From NCBI GenBank assembly GCA_951406725.2, contig OX597827.1:5518001-5582000 (forward strand): 64,000 nt of DNA, given 5' to 3'. The notes under the pieces are model-generated. The model was given only the letters and a program-made list of their open reading frames with translations, did no database searches and was not told the origin of the DNA. This stretch comes from Octopus vulgaris. Its lineage: Eukaryota. Of this stretch, positions 1 to 11,300 are shown one piece after another (position 1 is the first letter of the stretch; every line of letters begins with the position of its first letter). The position numbers were made by a program, and so were the translations under genes.

Positions 1-902
1 TTTTATTTCATTGAAGCAACTCTTGCTGTTTCAGTTTATTTCTCATCTTGAATTCCCATGGCTATCTTTAAATTGTAAATAAATATCAATATGGAATTTA
101 GATTCAACAATTTAACTGGAAAATGCTGTAAAGCTTTAACAACCTAAAGCAGCATCAGGTTTTTTTTTTGTTATTTTTTTATAAAGATATACGTGAATTT
201 AATCACTTCTATCATCATCATTTAATGTCTGCTTTTCTATGCTAGCACAGGTAAAAGGGAATTTGTTGAGACATAATGTTCTACAACTGGATGCCTTCCC
301 TGTCACCAATGCTCACCTGTTTTCCCTTAGAAAGACATACATTCAACAAAAGACTGGAGACAAAATATCACTTGTTTGATAGTGATGCTTGTCTACAGCC
401 ATCATGTGATATTCAAGACAAGACTACACACAGACAGAAATATGCACACACACAAATACATACATATACATTTATATAACCCTACGGAATGGTTGGTGTT
501 AGGAAGGGCATCCAGCCATTAAAACTATGCCGAAACAGACCAAGTAGCCTGGTGTAGATTTCTGCCTGGTTATCTCCTGTCAAACCATCCAATCTATACC
601 AGCATGGAAGACATACATTAAATGATGATGATGATGATAACAGACTTCTTTCAGTCATTTGACTGTGGCCATGCTAGGGCACTGCCTTGAAGAATTTATA
701 GTTGAAAGTATCAATTCCCAGTACTTTTTTTAAGCTTGGTACTTATTCTATCAGTCTCTTTTGCCGAACCACTGTGTCATGAGGATGTAAACACACTAAC
801 ATTGATTGTAAAGTAGTGGTGAGGTACAAACACAGCCACAAGCACACACAGACACACACACACACATGCATACACATGCACACACAAACTGTGTAGAAGA
901 GT

Positions 903-949
<47 letters not shown>

Positions 950-950
<1 letters not shown>

Positions 951-1143
951 CCAAACAAGAAAGCACAAAAGAAAACACAACAACGCGAGGACGTGGAACA
1001 AATATAGTATTATTGGACGCTCAGGAAAGAAGGAGGGCTTAACGTTTCGAGCGAAGCTCTTCGTCGGAAACATAGGAGAAGGAAAGATCCAGAGAAGGGA
1101 AGACAGGGGGAAAAAAATTGCCAACGGTACACACGAGGTCACA
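950..1143 (-). mobile_element. Solo Penelope-type pseudo-LTR between (TA)n tracts, with hammerhead-like motif at 1037-1071
   Basis: GUUU-CCGACGA-A-GAGC-UUC-GCUC-GAAA-CGUU/AAGC. Near-identical copy at 27845-28052; similar layout to the pLTR at 2160-2370. Confidence 0.65.
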
Positions 1144-1749
1144 ATATATATATATTGATAGAATGGTAAGACAACAGAAAAATGAAAGTGACCTCGATAT
1201 TATGTAAATAGAGGTATTTATCTGTAAATATAATATGTGACAATTATTCGGTAACCATGATAAAACTCTGAGTTTCAGATGTTGGGACGGAAACCCACGC
1301 CGCCATCTTTTCAATTATCTGACCATCGAAAAAATGCTATGAAAATGACTGTTAAACAAAGGGATATTACTTTGTGATTGACTGTTATTAAGATGAAAGA
1401 GCAATTAGAATGACTGCTAAGTGAAGAGAGGGAGTAATGGTAAGAGAGTAAAAAAGATCATAGTATTCACGTAAGCACACATGCCCATACATACACATGC
1501 ATGCTCACACACACATGTAATGCACCTATAAGTATATACTCATCCACCCTCACTTGAAACATACACATGTTCACCCACACATTCACCAAAAATGGTTCAT
1601 GCACATGCACAAGAAAAAACAGGGCTAAAAGCAAAATACAGAAAAATATGTAAATATATGTAAAGAGTAAGCAATAAGAGTATAACACGTCTATGTATGC
1701 ACATTCATGTATGCACGTACACGCACACATTTAAATACACACATACCTG

Positions 1750-1797
<48 letters not shown>

Positions 1798-2159
1798 GTT
1801 CGTTCGTTTAACGTCCGCTTTCCATGCTAACAAGGGTTGGACAGTTCAACTGAGGTCTGTGAAGCCAGAAGGCTGCATCAGGCCCAGTCTGATCTGGCAG
1901 TGTTTCTACGGCTGGATGCCCTTCCTAACACCAACCACTCCATGAGTGTAGTGGGTACTTTTTATGTCCACCGGCACAGGTGCCAGACAATGCTGGCAAA
2001 TGGCCATGATCGGATGGTGCTTTTTACATGGCACTGGCACAGAGGCCAGGCGAGGCTGGCAATGGCCACGATCGGATGATATATATGGAGAGAGAAAGAG
2101 AGAGAGAGAGAGAGAGTAGAAATGAGAAATGGTGGAGAGCATAGAAGATGGCAATATAT

Positions 2160-3981
2160 AACGGGAAGCTTTATGAAAATAGACAAAAGACGAAGGCAGG
2201 TGGAAAACAAACGAACAATTGTATTAGTATGTCGCTCAGGAAATATAAATAAAACAAGTCTTTAACGTTTCGAGCCTACGCTCTTCAACAGAAAGATACA
2301 CAGAGAGAAAAAAAACACAGAAAGAAGGAGAGAAAAAAATGCGTGCAGTAGCTAACGAATCAACATGGCGATCTGATTTCGGCCAGAGGTCAAAGATCAA
2401 ACATGAGACGCGAGAGCGAAATAAGGGGAGATAATAGGGTTGATAATAGGGTTGATAATAGGGTTGAAGGACCAGCTAATAGTGCGTAGGAGGGGTCTGG
2501 ACGTGTGTATGTATAGGGTTGGTGTATGTATTAGTATGTATAAGGGTGTGTGTGTGTGTGTGTGTGTGTGTATGAGAGAGTATTAGTGCGTAGGATTGGT
2601 CTGGACGTGCATATGTATGGGGTTGGTGTATGTATTAGTATGTATTAGTATGTATTAGTACGTATTAGTATGTATAAGTGTGTGTGTGTGTGTGTGTATG
2701 AGAGAGTATAAGTGCGTATGCGGGGTCTGGACGTGTGTATGTATAGGGTTGGTGTATGTATTAGTATGTATTAGTATGTATTAGTACGTATTAGTATGTA
2801 TTAATTGGTGTATGTATTAGTATGGCACATCATATATGATGTGATGTGTAACGTCGTGTGGTGTAGTGAGGAGAAGAAGGGGAGGGGAAGAAGAGGGGGA
2901 GAAGGGGAGGGGAGGAGAGGGGGAGAGGGGGAAGAGGAGAGGAGGGGATAATGAAGGGGAGGAGGGGGAGGAAGGAGGAAAGAGGGAGAGGGGGAGAGAG
3001 AAGGGGAGAGAGGGAGTGAGGGAGCAGAGGGAAGGGGAAGAGGGAAGGAGGGAGGGAGAAAGAGAGAAGAAGGGAAGGGGAGTAGGGGGTGAAAGGATGA
3101 AGGACTGAAGAAGTAGGGGTCGGGGGGAAAGGATAGGTGAGGAGGGGGAGAGGGGGGTTAGATGAGGAGGGGGGAGAGTTGAGACCAAATGGCGTATAAG
3201 AGCGAAGAGAGAAGATTAATTCCTGTTCACGGCGCAAACGGGAATCCGGATGGCCTCTGTGTAAGGACAAACCGAACACAGATAGGTGTTGCAAGGAGTG
3301 ACTGGTGGAGCGGAAATGGCGTGAGACCGGTGTGTCGTTCGCAAGGTGGATGTCACGAAGGTGTTCCGCGAACCGGTCAGCCAAGCGGCGTCCCGTTTGT
3401 CCGATGTACAAGGAATTGCAGAGAGAGCAAGAGATGCAATAGATAATATTGCTGGAGGTGCAGGTGAAGGAGTGGATGATGGGATAGGGTCGATGGTGGG
3501 TGCTAGTGAGGCGGGTGGTGTTGGAGAGGTAAGGGCAAGTGCGGCAACGTGGGCGGGAGCAGGGGAACGAGCCGGGTTGGGAGGTAGGGTCAGGGAAGGA
3601 GCTATGGACCAAAAGGTCTCGAAGGTTGTGGGCTCGTTTGAAAGAGGGGAGGGGTCGGTTAGGGAAGAGGTGTGAAGTGGACGGGTCGGACTGGAGATGA
3701 CGGAAAGCTCGAAGAATGGTGCGTTGGAGACGTAGGGTCGTGGGGTGGTAAGTGAGGGGAAAAGGGAGGCGGGAGACTACAGGGCGGGTTCGGGGAGAGA
3801 GAGCAGATACACGGTCCACGGACCGTGCTCTGGCAAGGGCGGTGTGGATAGTGGTGAGGGGGTATCCACGTAGGGTGAAGTGGTGAGCCATACGTTGAGA
3901 CTGAGTCTCAAAGTCATGGTCGTCACTACAGAGCCTACGTAGACGGAGGAATTGGGAATAGGGGATGGAAAGCTTGGTGTG
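2160..3981 (-). mobile_element. 5'-truncated Penelope-like retroelement (RT C-terminus, Cys-rich linker, GIY-YIG endonuclease, 3' UTR, pseudo-LTR)
   Basis: Open frame from 3981: HTKLSIPYSQFLRLRRLCSDD...FPCSRPRCRTCPY...FTCTSSNIIYCISCSLCNSLYIGQTGRRLADRFAEH...PFGLN. Bounded by (TA)n at 3983-4027. The 2160-2370 end is shared with a solo copy at 32825-33015 and contains a hammerhead-like motif. Confidence 0.92.
2259..2296 (-). ncRNA. Minimal type I hammerhead ribozyme motif in the Penelope pseudo-LTR
   Basis: Minus strand UCUUU-CUGUUGA-A-GAGC-GUAG-GCUC-GAAA-CGUU/AAAGA: stems I and II pair, palindromic ACGU replaces stem III; core differs from CUGANGA at one position. Confidence 0.7.
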
Positions 3982-3982
3982 T

Positions 3983-4016
<34 letters not shown>

Positions 4017-5024
4017 CATATATATATGTGTGTGTCTTTGCTTGTGTTTACCCTCACACACAGACACACATTGCCTGACAGCTGGTGTTGGTTTGTTTGT
4101 ACCCTCCTCCTAACTTAGCAGTTTGGAAAAAGAAACTGCTAAAAGAAGTATCTAAATAAAATAAAAAAGAAAAAGGCAATGGGTTGATATTTATTCAACT
4201 AACACATGAAAATGGTGCTCCAGTATGGTCACAGTCCAATGACTGAAACAAGAGAAAGTTAAAACATAATTCAAGGCATCAGCTAAGAAACTGTTCATTC
4301 AAACAATAATTTCTGAAGAAGAGATAATTCGTCTCAATTCTGTAACTGTTTTCCGGCTATTGTTCCAGCACTTGTTGATAACAATCAATGTCATGTTATA
4401 GCTATAAGAGAAACATCTGTATATCACATGAATGATCTATGCTAAAGATTGCAAATGATATTTATAAAGTGATTAAAGTAAAGACTTAATTTGCCAATCT
4501 GCACTATAGCCGGATATTTTTACACTATTTTTTGAAATAAAATGTGGCTTATCTCTTCTTGGATAGGTTGATAAATTAATTATAAAGTGGTACCAACTTT
4601 ATATTTATGAAGAAAGTGAAGGTGGGTTTGATTATTTTCAGTGTGTATAACATTAGGAATAACCAAAGTTGTATTTAATGCATTGTTTATTGAAAATGTT
4701 AATGTTACTTAACATTACATTTTGGCTGAACAAACAAGGGAGTTAACTTGAAACATTTTATTCTTGTTAGGCCTCATCAGGAACAGTGTGACATTGATCA
4801 TTGTTAACTGGCACTATAGGAAACAGCTTGCAATTAGAAAGCTTGTAACAATGATCGAGTGTGTATTATATTTATTCATGCATAATGAGGTTTTTCTCAA
4901 ATTTTTAAACTTTTAACCCTGAAAATTTTTTGTGCACTTTATACAGCAGAACTCAATGTTACCCATTCTTCCAACTGTAAGTGTGCAACCATATTTAGGA
5001 TAGCTTAATGTCCAAGCTAGCAGA

Positions 5025-5228
5025 CCCTTTCTTTACCAACCTGGCTCTGAGTTCAAATGTCTTATTTTCATAAGTTTCAAATTAAAATCTTCCACCAAAC
5101 CTTAGTCACAATTTATGTTCCTAACACTAGCTTAATGATAACTAGGTTATTTTACTAAATTCTTTGTTATATTTAAAGTAATTGAAAGAAACACAGAGCA
5201 TCTCAAAATAAATACAGTAACGAAAGGG
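5025..5228. mobile_element. piggyBac-type MITE, second copy (small internal deletion, left TTAA lost)
   Basis: CCCTTTCTTTAC...GTAACGAAAGGG-TTAA, colinear with 23691-23911. Confidence 0.8.
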
Positions 5229-5850
5229 TTAAATCATTATAATAATTGTTTCTAACATGGATCTAAGGCCTGGAATTTGAGGGTTGTGGTCAGTCAGTAT
5301 ATCAGCACCAGTGCTTCGTTCTGTCTTTATTTTATTGACCTTCCTCTGAAACAACAAAAGACAAATCTGCCCTATAATAATTTCTTTTTTCTAATGTTTG
5401 GTACAAAGCCAGCAATTTAATAATGAAAGGGGGCAACAAATTGAAGAATTATTCTTAGCCTTTGTTTAAATGCATACTTCAGATTATACTGCCTATACTG
5501 CTACAAGAACATAAACCATCAAAAGTTTTGTTTGTGTGTTCAGTGAATTGCTCTTATAGGTAATAACATGAACGTGTTCCAGTTTTTCTCAATCAATCCA
5601 GATTACATTTAATATGAATGTGATGTGTATTGTTAAATACATTAAAATTGTTTAATATACAAATACAATTTATATAAAAATATCTCCTATTGTTTTATCA
5701 ACTAATTTTTAACATTATATTGAATTATATATATTGCATAATTAAGTAGTTTTTTTAAAAAATTAACTAACAATAGCTCGATCCTAAATGTATGATATTC
5801 AACAAAATAAAAATTCAAGGACTGCTTTAAATAACATGTATAACTTGTTA

Positions 5851-6020
5851 GGCGCAGAAGTGGCTGTGTGGTAAGTAGCTTGCTAACCAACCACATGGTT
5901 CCGGGTTCAGTCCCACTGCGTGGCATCTTGGGCAAGTGTCTTCTGCTATAGTCCCGGGCCGACCAATGCCTTGTGAGTGGATTTGGTAGACGGAAACTGA
6001 AAGAAGCCTGTCGTATATAT

Positions 6021-6058
<38 letters not shown>

Positions 6059-6260
6059 TTGTGTGTCTGTGTTTGTCCCCCTAGCATTGCTTGACAACCG
6101 ATGCTGGTGTGTTTACGTCCCTGTCACTTAGTGGTTCAGCAAAAAGAGACCGACAGAATAAGTACTGGGCTTACAAAGAATAAGTTCCGGGGTCGATTTG
6201 CTCGACTATAGGCGGTGCTCCAGCATGGCCGCAGTCAAATGACTGAAACAAGTAAAAGAA
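5851..6260 (+). mobile_element. SINE family A (tRNA head, CORE-like CTTGGGCAAGT box, internal (TA)n(TG)n, GTAAAAGA tail); representative copy
   Basis: A/B boxes TGGCTGTGTGG and GGTTCAGTCC. Further copies: 7218-7663(-), 15789-16220(-), 24304-24730(-), 25258-25688(+), 42672-43097(-), 43431-43848(+), 44304-44712(+), 45755-46187(+), 46200-46630(+), 50863-51264(-), 63615-64000(-), plus older fragments. Confidence 0.9.
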
Positions 6261-7179
6261 AAAAAAAAGAAAAAACAAAAAACTTATTGTGTCTAATTTG
6301 ATGTGTTTTAAATTATCCTCGTTTAGACATTTACATCTCTTGTCATGTACTAAAGCTAAATACATACGATGTTATTATCAAATGAAAATATAATTGTGCA
6401 TTGACTTAAAACAACAGCTGCACTTTTTTACGGCTAACAGAAGTAAAGTTTCAAAGTAACATCTTACAAAAAGTAAACAAAATGTTGTTATTCCTTTGGA
6501 AGTGTTTGGAAGAGAAATGTATAAATCCTAAGACAGTTTGAAAAAACAGAAAAGAAAATTTAGGAAATAAAAAAATTTTAATCATAAAAAAAATTTTTAA
6601 TGTAAGAAGTAAAATACCTACAGGTCAGTGCATAATTTACTAATTTTGAAGCATTTGATTGTTTTCGTAATTCAGGTAAACCAAATTATTATTGTCATAA
6701 TATTCCTCCTGCATTCTTTATTATTGTTTCTTTGTTAATCACATGGCTTTCCTCAAATATAGCATTAAACAAAACTCAGTGCTTATTATATATGAGATAT
6801 ATTTATTTTCCATAATTTCTTAGCCTTTAAATAGCAGTGTGCATTAGATAAATGTATATTTCATATGAATAAATACAATTATCAATAATTTAATCATAAA
6901 GGATATTCAAAAGGCATTTTTAAGAAATAGAAAGATATTTCTTGGGTATAATGGGAATCCCTTACTTGGGCAGTTAGTGCAAGGGAGAGAATCATTTCTT
7001 CACAATTTAGCAGGATTAAAAGTCTGAATTCGAAATAAAGGAATAATGGATAAACCGCCAAGAATATACACATTTGATATTTTTTTTATTGCTTATTTGT
7101 TATATAGGTCTTAAATTTCTAGCCTTAGGTAACCATATTCATATATATACATATGTATGTATATATATTTATATACAGA

Positions 7180-7216
<37 letters not shown>

Positions 7217-7902
7217 GCTCTTTTACTCTTTTACTTGTTTCAGTAATTTGACTGTGGCCATACTGGAGCACCACCTTTTAGTTGAACAAATTGACCCCAG
7301 GACTTATTCTTTGAATGCCTAGTACTTATTCTATCGGTCTCTTTTGCCGAACCCCTAAGTTACGGGGATGTAAACACACCAGCATTGGTTGTCAAGCGAT
7401 GTTGGAGGGACAAACACAGACACACAAACATATACACACACATACAAATATATATATATACAAATATATATATATACATATATAAATATATACATATATA
7501 CGATGGACTTCTTTCAGTTTCCATCTACCAAATCCACTCACAAGACTTTGGTCGGCCCAAGGCTATAGTAGAAGACACTTGCCCAAGGTGCCACACAGTG
7601 GGACTGAACCCGGAACCATGTGGTTCGTAAACAAGCTACTTACCACACAGCCACTCCTATGCCTATATATATATATATTTCTTTACTGCCCACAAAGGGC
7701 TAAACATAGAGGGGACAAACAAGGACAGACAAAGGGATTAAGTTGATTACATTGAACCCAGTACGTAACTGGTACTTTATTTATCAACCCCGAAAGGATG
7801 AAAGGCAAAGTCAACCTCGGAGGAATTTGAACTCAGAACGTAACGGCGGACGAAATATGGCTACGCATTTCACCCGGCGTGCTAACGTTTCTGCCAGCTC
7901 AC

Positions 7903-7937
<35 letters not shown>

Positions 7938-8964
7938 TGTATATATATATATAGAGAGAGAGTATGAGAGAGAGAGAGAGAGAGAGATACATACATATAT
8001 ATGTGTGTTTCTTTATGTTAGTCTCCTGCTGCTTGACAACTGGTGTTAGCTAGTTTTAGCTCCCATAACATAATGGTTTAGCGTAAAAGACCAGTCGAAT
8101 AAGGTACCAGATGTAGAAAATTTGTATTGGGGTCAGTTTGTTTTGTCAAAAACCCTTCAAAGTACTTTTCCAGCACGGTCACACTTCAATTATTGAAACA
8201 TTTAAAAAGATGAAAAAAACAAAAAACAAAGAGAAAAGATATAATCAAGTGAGAAGGCAGAGTCCATGACACTTAAGAGGGTTTCTGAGATGAGTTGGAG
8301 GGAGAGAAAACAGTATCTTCAAACTGGAAATTTGGCCTTAATTCTGGCAACAGAGAGGATGTTGTTGTAGGGACCCCAAAATGCCAAGTGGTGGTGTTAA
8401 GCCAGGTAACAGATTAAATCTACTGTCTAAGTAAGCTTTGATGAGATTTGAACTCAGACTGCAAAAAACTGGAACAAAGACCACATTGTATTTGGTCAGA
8501 TTTCTTAAAGTTCTAAATCTGTTTGTCCTGCATTAGAGCTTTTTCTTATCATCAGCCTTGTAGGATGAAAGGCGAAGTTAGCATTTGCAAGGTTTGAGAT
8601 CAGAATGTAGAGATTTGGAACAAATAATGTGAGTTATGCTTCCCCATATTTTAATGGCTACCATATCTTGCTTTCATCACAGTAAGTTGAGAAATGGTTG
8701 GTTGGTTGGTTGGTTAGTCCACATTACACCATAAGGAGCACAGAGCTGGTTTCTTCTTCCTTTGGCATATTTCTTCCCCCCTAGATGGGACACCAACCTG
8801 TCACAAGACTACTAATTTTTACCAGCTGAGTGGACTGGGGCAGCTTAAAATGAAGTGTTTTGCTCATGAACACAGTGCCATCATCTGGTCCAGGAATTGA
8901 AACCACAATCTTACAATAATGAGTCCAACATCCTAACCACTAACCACTAAACCATGTTGAATAA

Positions 8965-9193
8965 GGCGGCGAGCTGGCAGAAACGTTAGCACGCTGGGCG
9001 AAATGCGTAGCCGTATTTCGTCTGCCGTTACATTCTGAGTTCAAATTCCGCCGAGGTCGGCTTTGCCTTTCATCCTTTCGGGGTCGATAAATCAAGTACC
9101 AGTTACGCACTGGGGTCGATTTAATCGACTTAATTCGTTTGTCTGTCCTTGTTTGTCCCCTCTATGTTCAGCCCCTTGTGGGTAATAAAGAAA
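8965..9193 (+). mobile_element. SINE family B (tRNA head, Meta-domain-like centre); representative copy with target-site duplication
   Basis: GGCGGCGAGCTGGCAGAA...GAGTTCAAATTCC...GCCTTTCATCCTTTCGGGGTCGATAAA; flanking CATGTTGAA repeat. Copies: 7678-7900(-), 20760-20988(-), 33243-33356(-), 48270-48497(+), 51728-51959(-), and diverged copies at 38647-40140. Confidence 0.88.
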
Positions 9194-9799
9194 CACATGT
9201 TGAAAAATACACACACTTAAAATTTCTTAGTCTTCTGTACTTTGCACTTGAGACACCTGAGTTTGATCCTAATAATAGGGGCCACTGGAAGGATAGCAAG
9301 ATGAAATATGCATGGCTACCAAGCTGAAACAGGACATACATATTAACTGCTCTGTTTTTGCTTTTGTGCCAGAAGCAAAACAAGGCCTTACAAAACAAAT
9401 CAAGAAGAATGAGATCCATTTGAAATTGAAGTGGACATAATTGACAATATTCCAACTTAACAGTCCTCTTGGATAGTTTGCTATTAACTGATTGCATACT
9501 AATGTGATGGGATGACCAATTAGCCAGTTCACAGTGTAAATTGGTGTTCTTCATATATATTACTTCCCTGCTACTCCCCACCCCCCATAACTAAACAACA
9601 GTAATAAATAGATGTATATTATCTTGATTTATTGTTTACAACTCCAACTTATTGCAACTGTGATGAAGTGCAGGAGAATGTTTGTTTATACATGCTTTAC
9701 CTGTACAGAAATACAAACACAAACGATTTGGTTTACATTCACTTTAACATTGGTTCTACATCTGACGAGACATATAATTGAAGGAACACACACATTCGT

Positions 9800-10231
9800 T
9801 CTTCTTTCTTTTTTCTCTCTTCTTCCTTCCTTTCTTTCTTCCTTCCTTTGTTTGTTTGTTTCTTTCTTTCTTCCCCCCTTCCTTCCTTTCTTTCTTTCTT
9901 TCTTTCTTTCTTATTTTCTTTCTTTCTTCCTTCGTTTGTTTGTTTGTTCCTTCCTTCCTTTCATTCTTTCTTCCTTTCTTTCTTTCTTTCTTCCTCTCTT
10001 TTTCCCATTCTTTCTTTATCTCTTTCTTCCTTCTTCCTTTGTTTGTTTGTTTGTTTGTTCCTTCCTTCCTTTCATTCTTTCTTTCTTTCTTTCTTTCTTC
10101 CTTCGTTTGTTTGTTTCTTTCTTCCTTCCTTTCATTTTTTCTTACTTTCTTTCTTCCTTTCTTTCTTTCTTCCTCTCTTTTCCCCATTCTTTCTTTCTTT
10201 ATCTCTTCCTTCCTTTCTATCTCTCTTCACT

Positions 10232-10269
<38 letters not shown>

Positions 10270-10732
10270 CCTCCCTCTCATTTCTTTCTTTTTCTGTCTT
10301 TTCTTTACTTTTCCTTCTTTCTTCTTTCTTTCCTTCCCACATTTTCTCTTTTCTTTTCACATTTTCTTCCTCTTCGCCTTCTTTCATTTCTCTCTTCTCT
10401 TCACATTTTCTCTTCTTTCTCCTCCTCCTCCTCCTCTCATTCCCACTCTTGCATCTTTTCCATTCTCTTTCCCTCCTTATACGTGCACGCTTATTTTTCC
10501 TATGTCCGTTCATGTAAGCAGCCGACTGTGTGGGTTTTGTGTGTATGTGTGTAAGTGTAAATATAGTACATGTGAGTAAAAGAGAAATAGAGAGAGAGAG
10601 AGAGAGAGAGAGGGGGAGAGAGAGTGAGGGGAGAGAGAGAGAGAAAGCAAAATAGAGGAAGAGAAAAATGTGACAGACAAAAAGATATATAGAAGCATAT
10701 ACAATGTGCATGTATTTGTAAGAGAGAGAGAA

Positions 10733-10765
<33 letters not shown>

Positions 10766-10886
10766 GGTAAAGGGAAAGATGGGTACAGAGAGAGATAAAG
10801 AGAGGTAAAGAGAAAGAGAGGCAGAGAGAAAGAGGCAGAGAGAGAAAGAGAGGCAGAGCGAGGTAAAGAGAAAGAGTGGCAGAGAT

Positions 10887-10917
<31 letters not shown>

Positions 10918-11300
10918 GGTAAAGGGAAAGAGAGGCACAGAGAGAGATAGAGAGAGGTAATGAGAAAGAGAGGTAGAGAGAAAGAGGCAGAGAGAGAGAC
11001 AGAGAGAAAGAGAGGTAGAGCGAGGTAAAGGGAAAGAGTGGCAGAGATAGAGAGAGAGAGAGGAAGAGAGAGAGAGAGACAGAGGTAAAGAGAAAGAGAG
11101 GCAGAGAGAGAGAGTTAGAGAGAGAAAGAGTGGCAGAGATAGAGAGAGAGACAGACAGACAGAGGTAAAGGGAAAGAGAGGCAGAGAGAGAGATAGAGAG
11201 AGGTAAAGAGAAAGAGAGGCAGAGAGAGAGACAGAAAGAGAAAGAGAAAGAGTGGCAGAGATAGATAGATAGATAAGAGAGAGGGAGAGAGAGAAAAGAC
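9800..11300. repeat. Long polypyrimidine tract (9800-10480) followed by a long polypurine tract (10580-11300)
   Basis: (TTTC/TTCC/CT)n, about 100 bp of unique spacer, then (GA)n with repeated AGAGGTAAAG..AAAGAG subunits. Confidence 0.95.

Noticed and set aside
2431-2467. TAGGG-containing repeats as telomeric sequence
   Set aside because: The unit is a 12-mer ATAATAGGGTTG inside the retroelement UTR, not (TTAGGG)n.
5702-6097. Recurrent MSSNARGTNTDTQTH... and MLGGQTQTHKH... ORFs that look like a gene family
   Set aside because: They are antisense translations of family A SINE copies.
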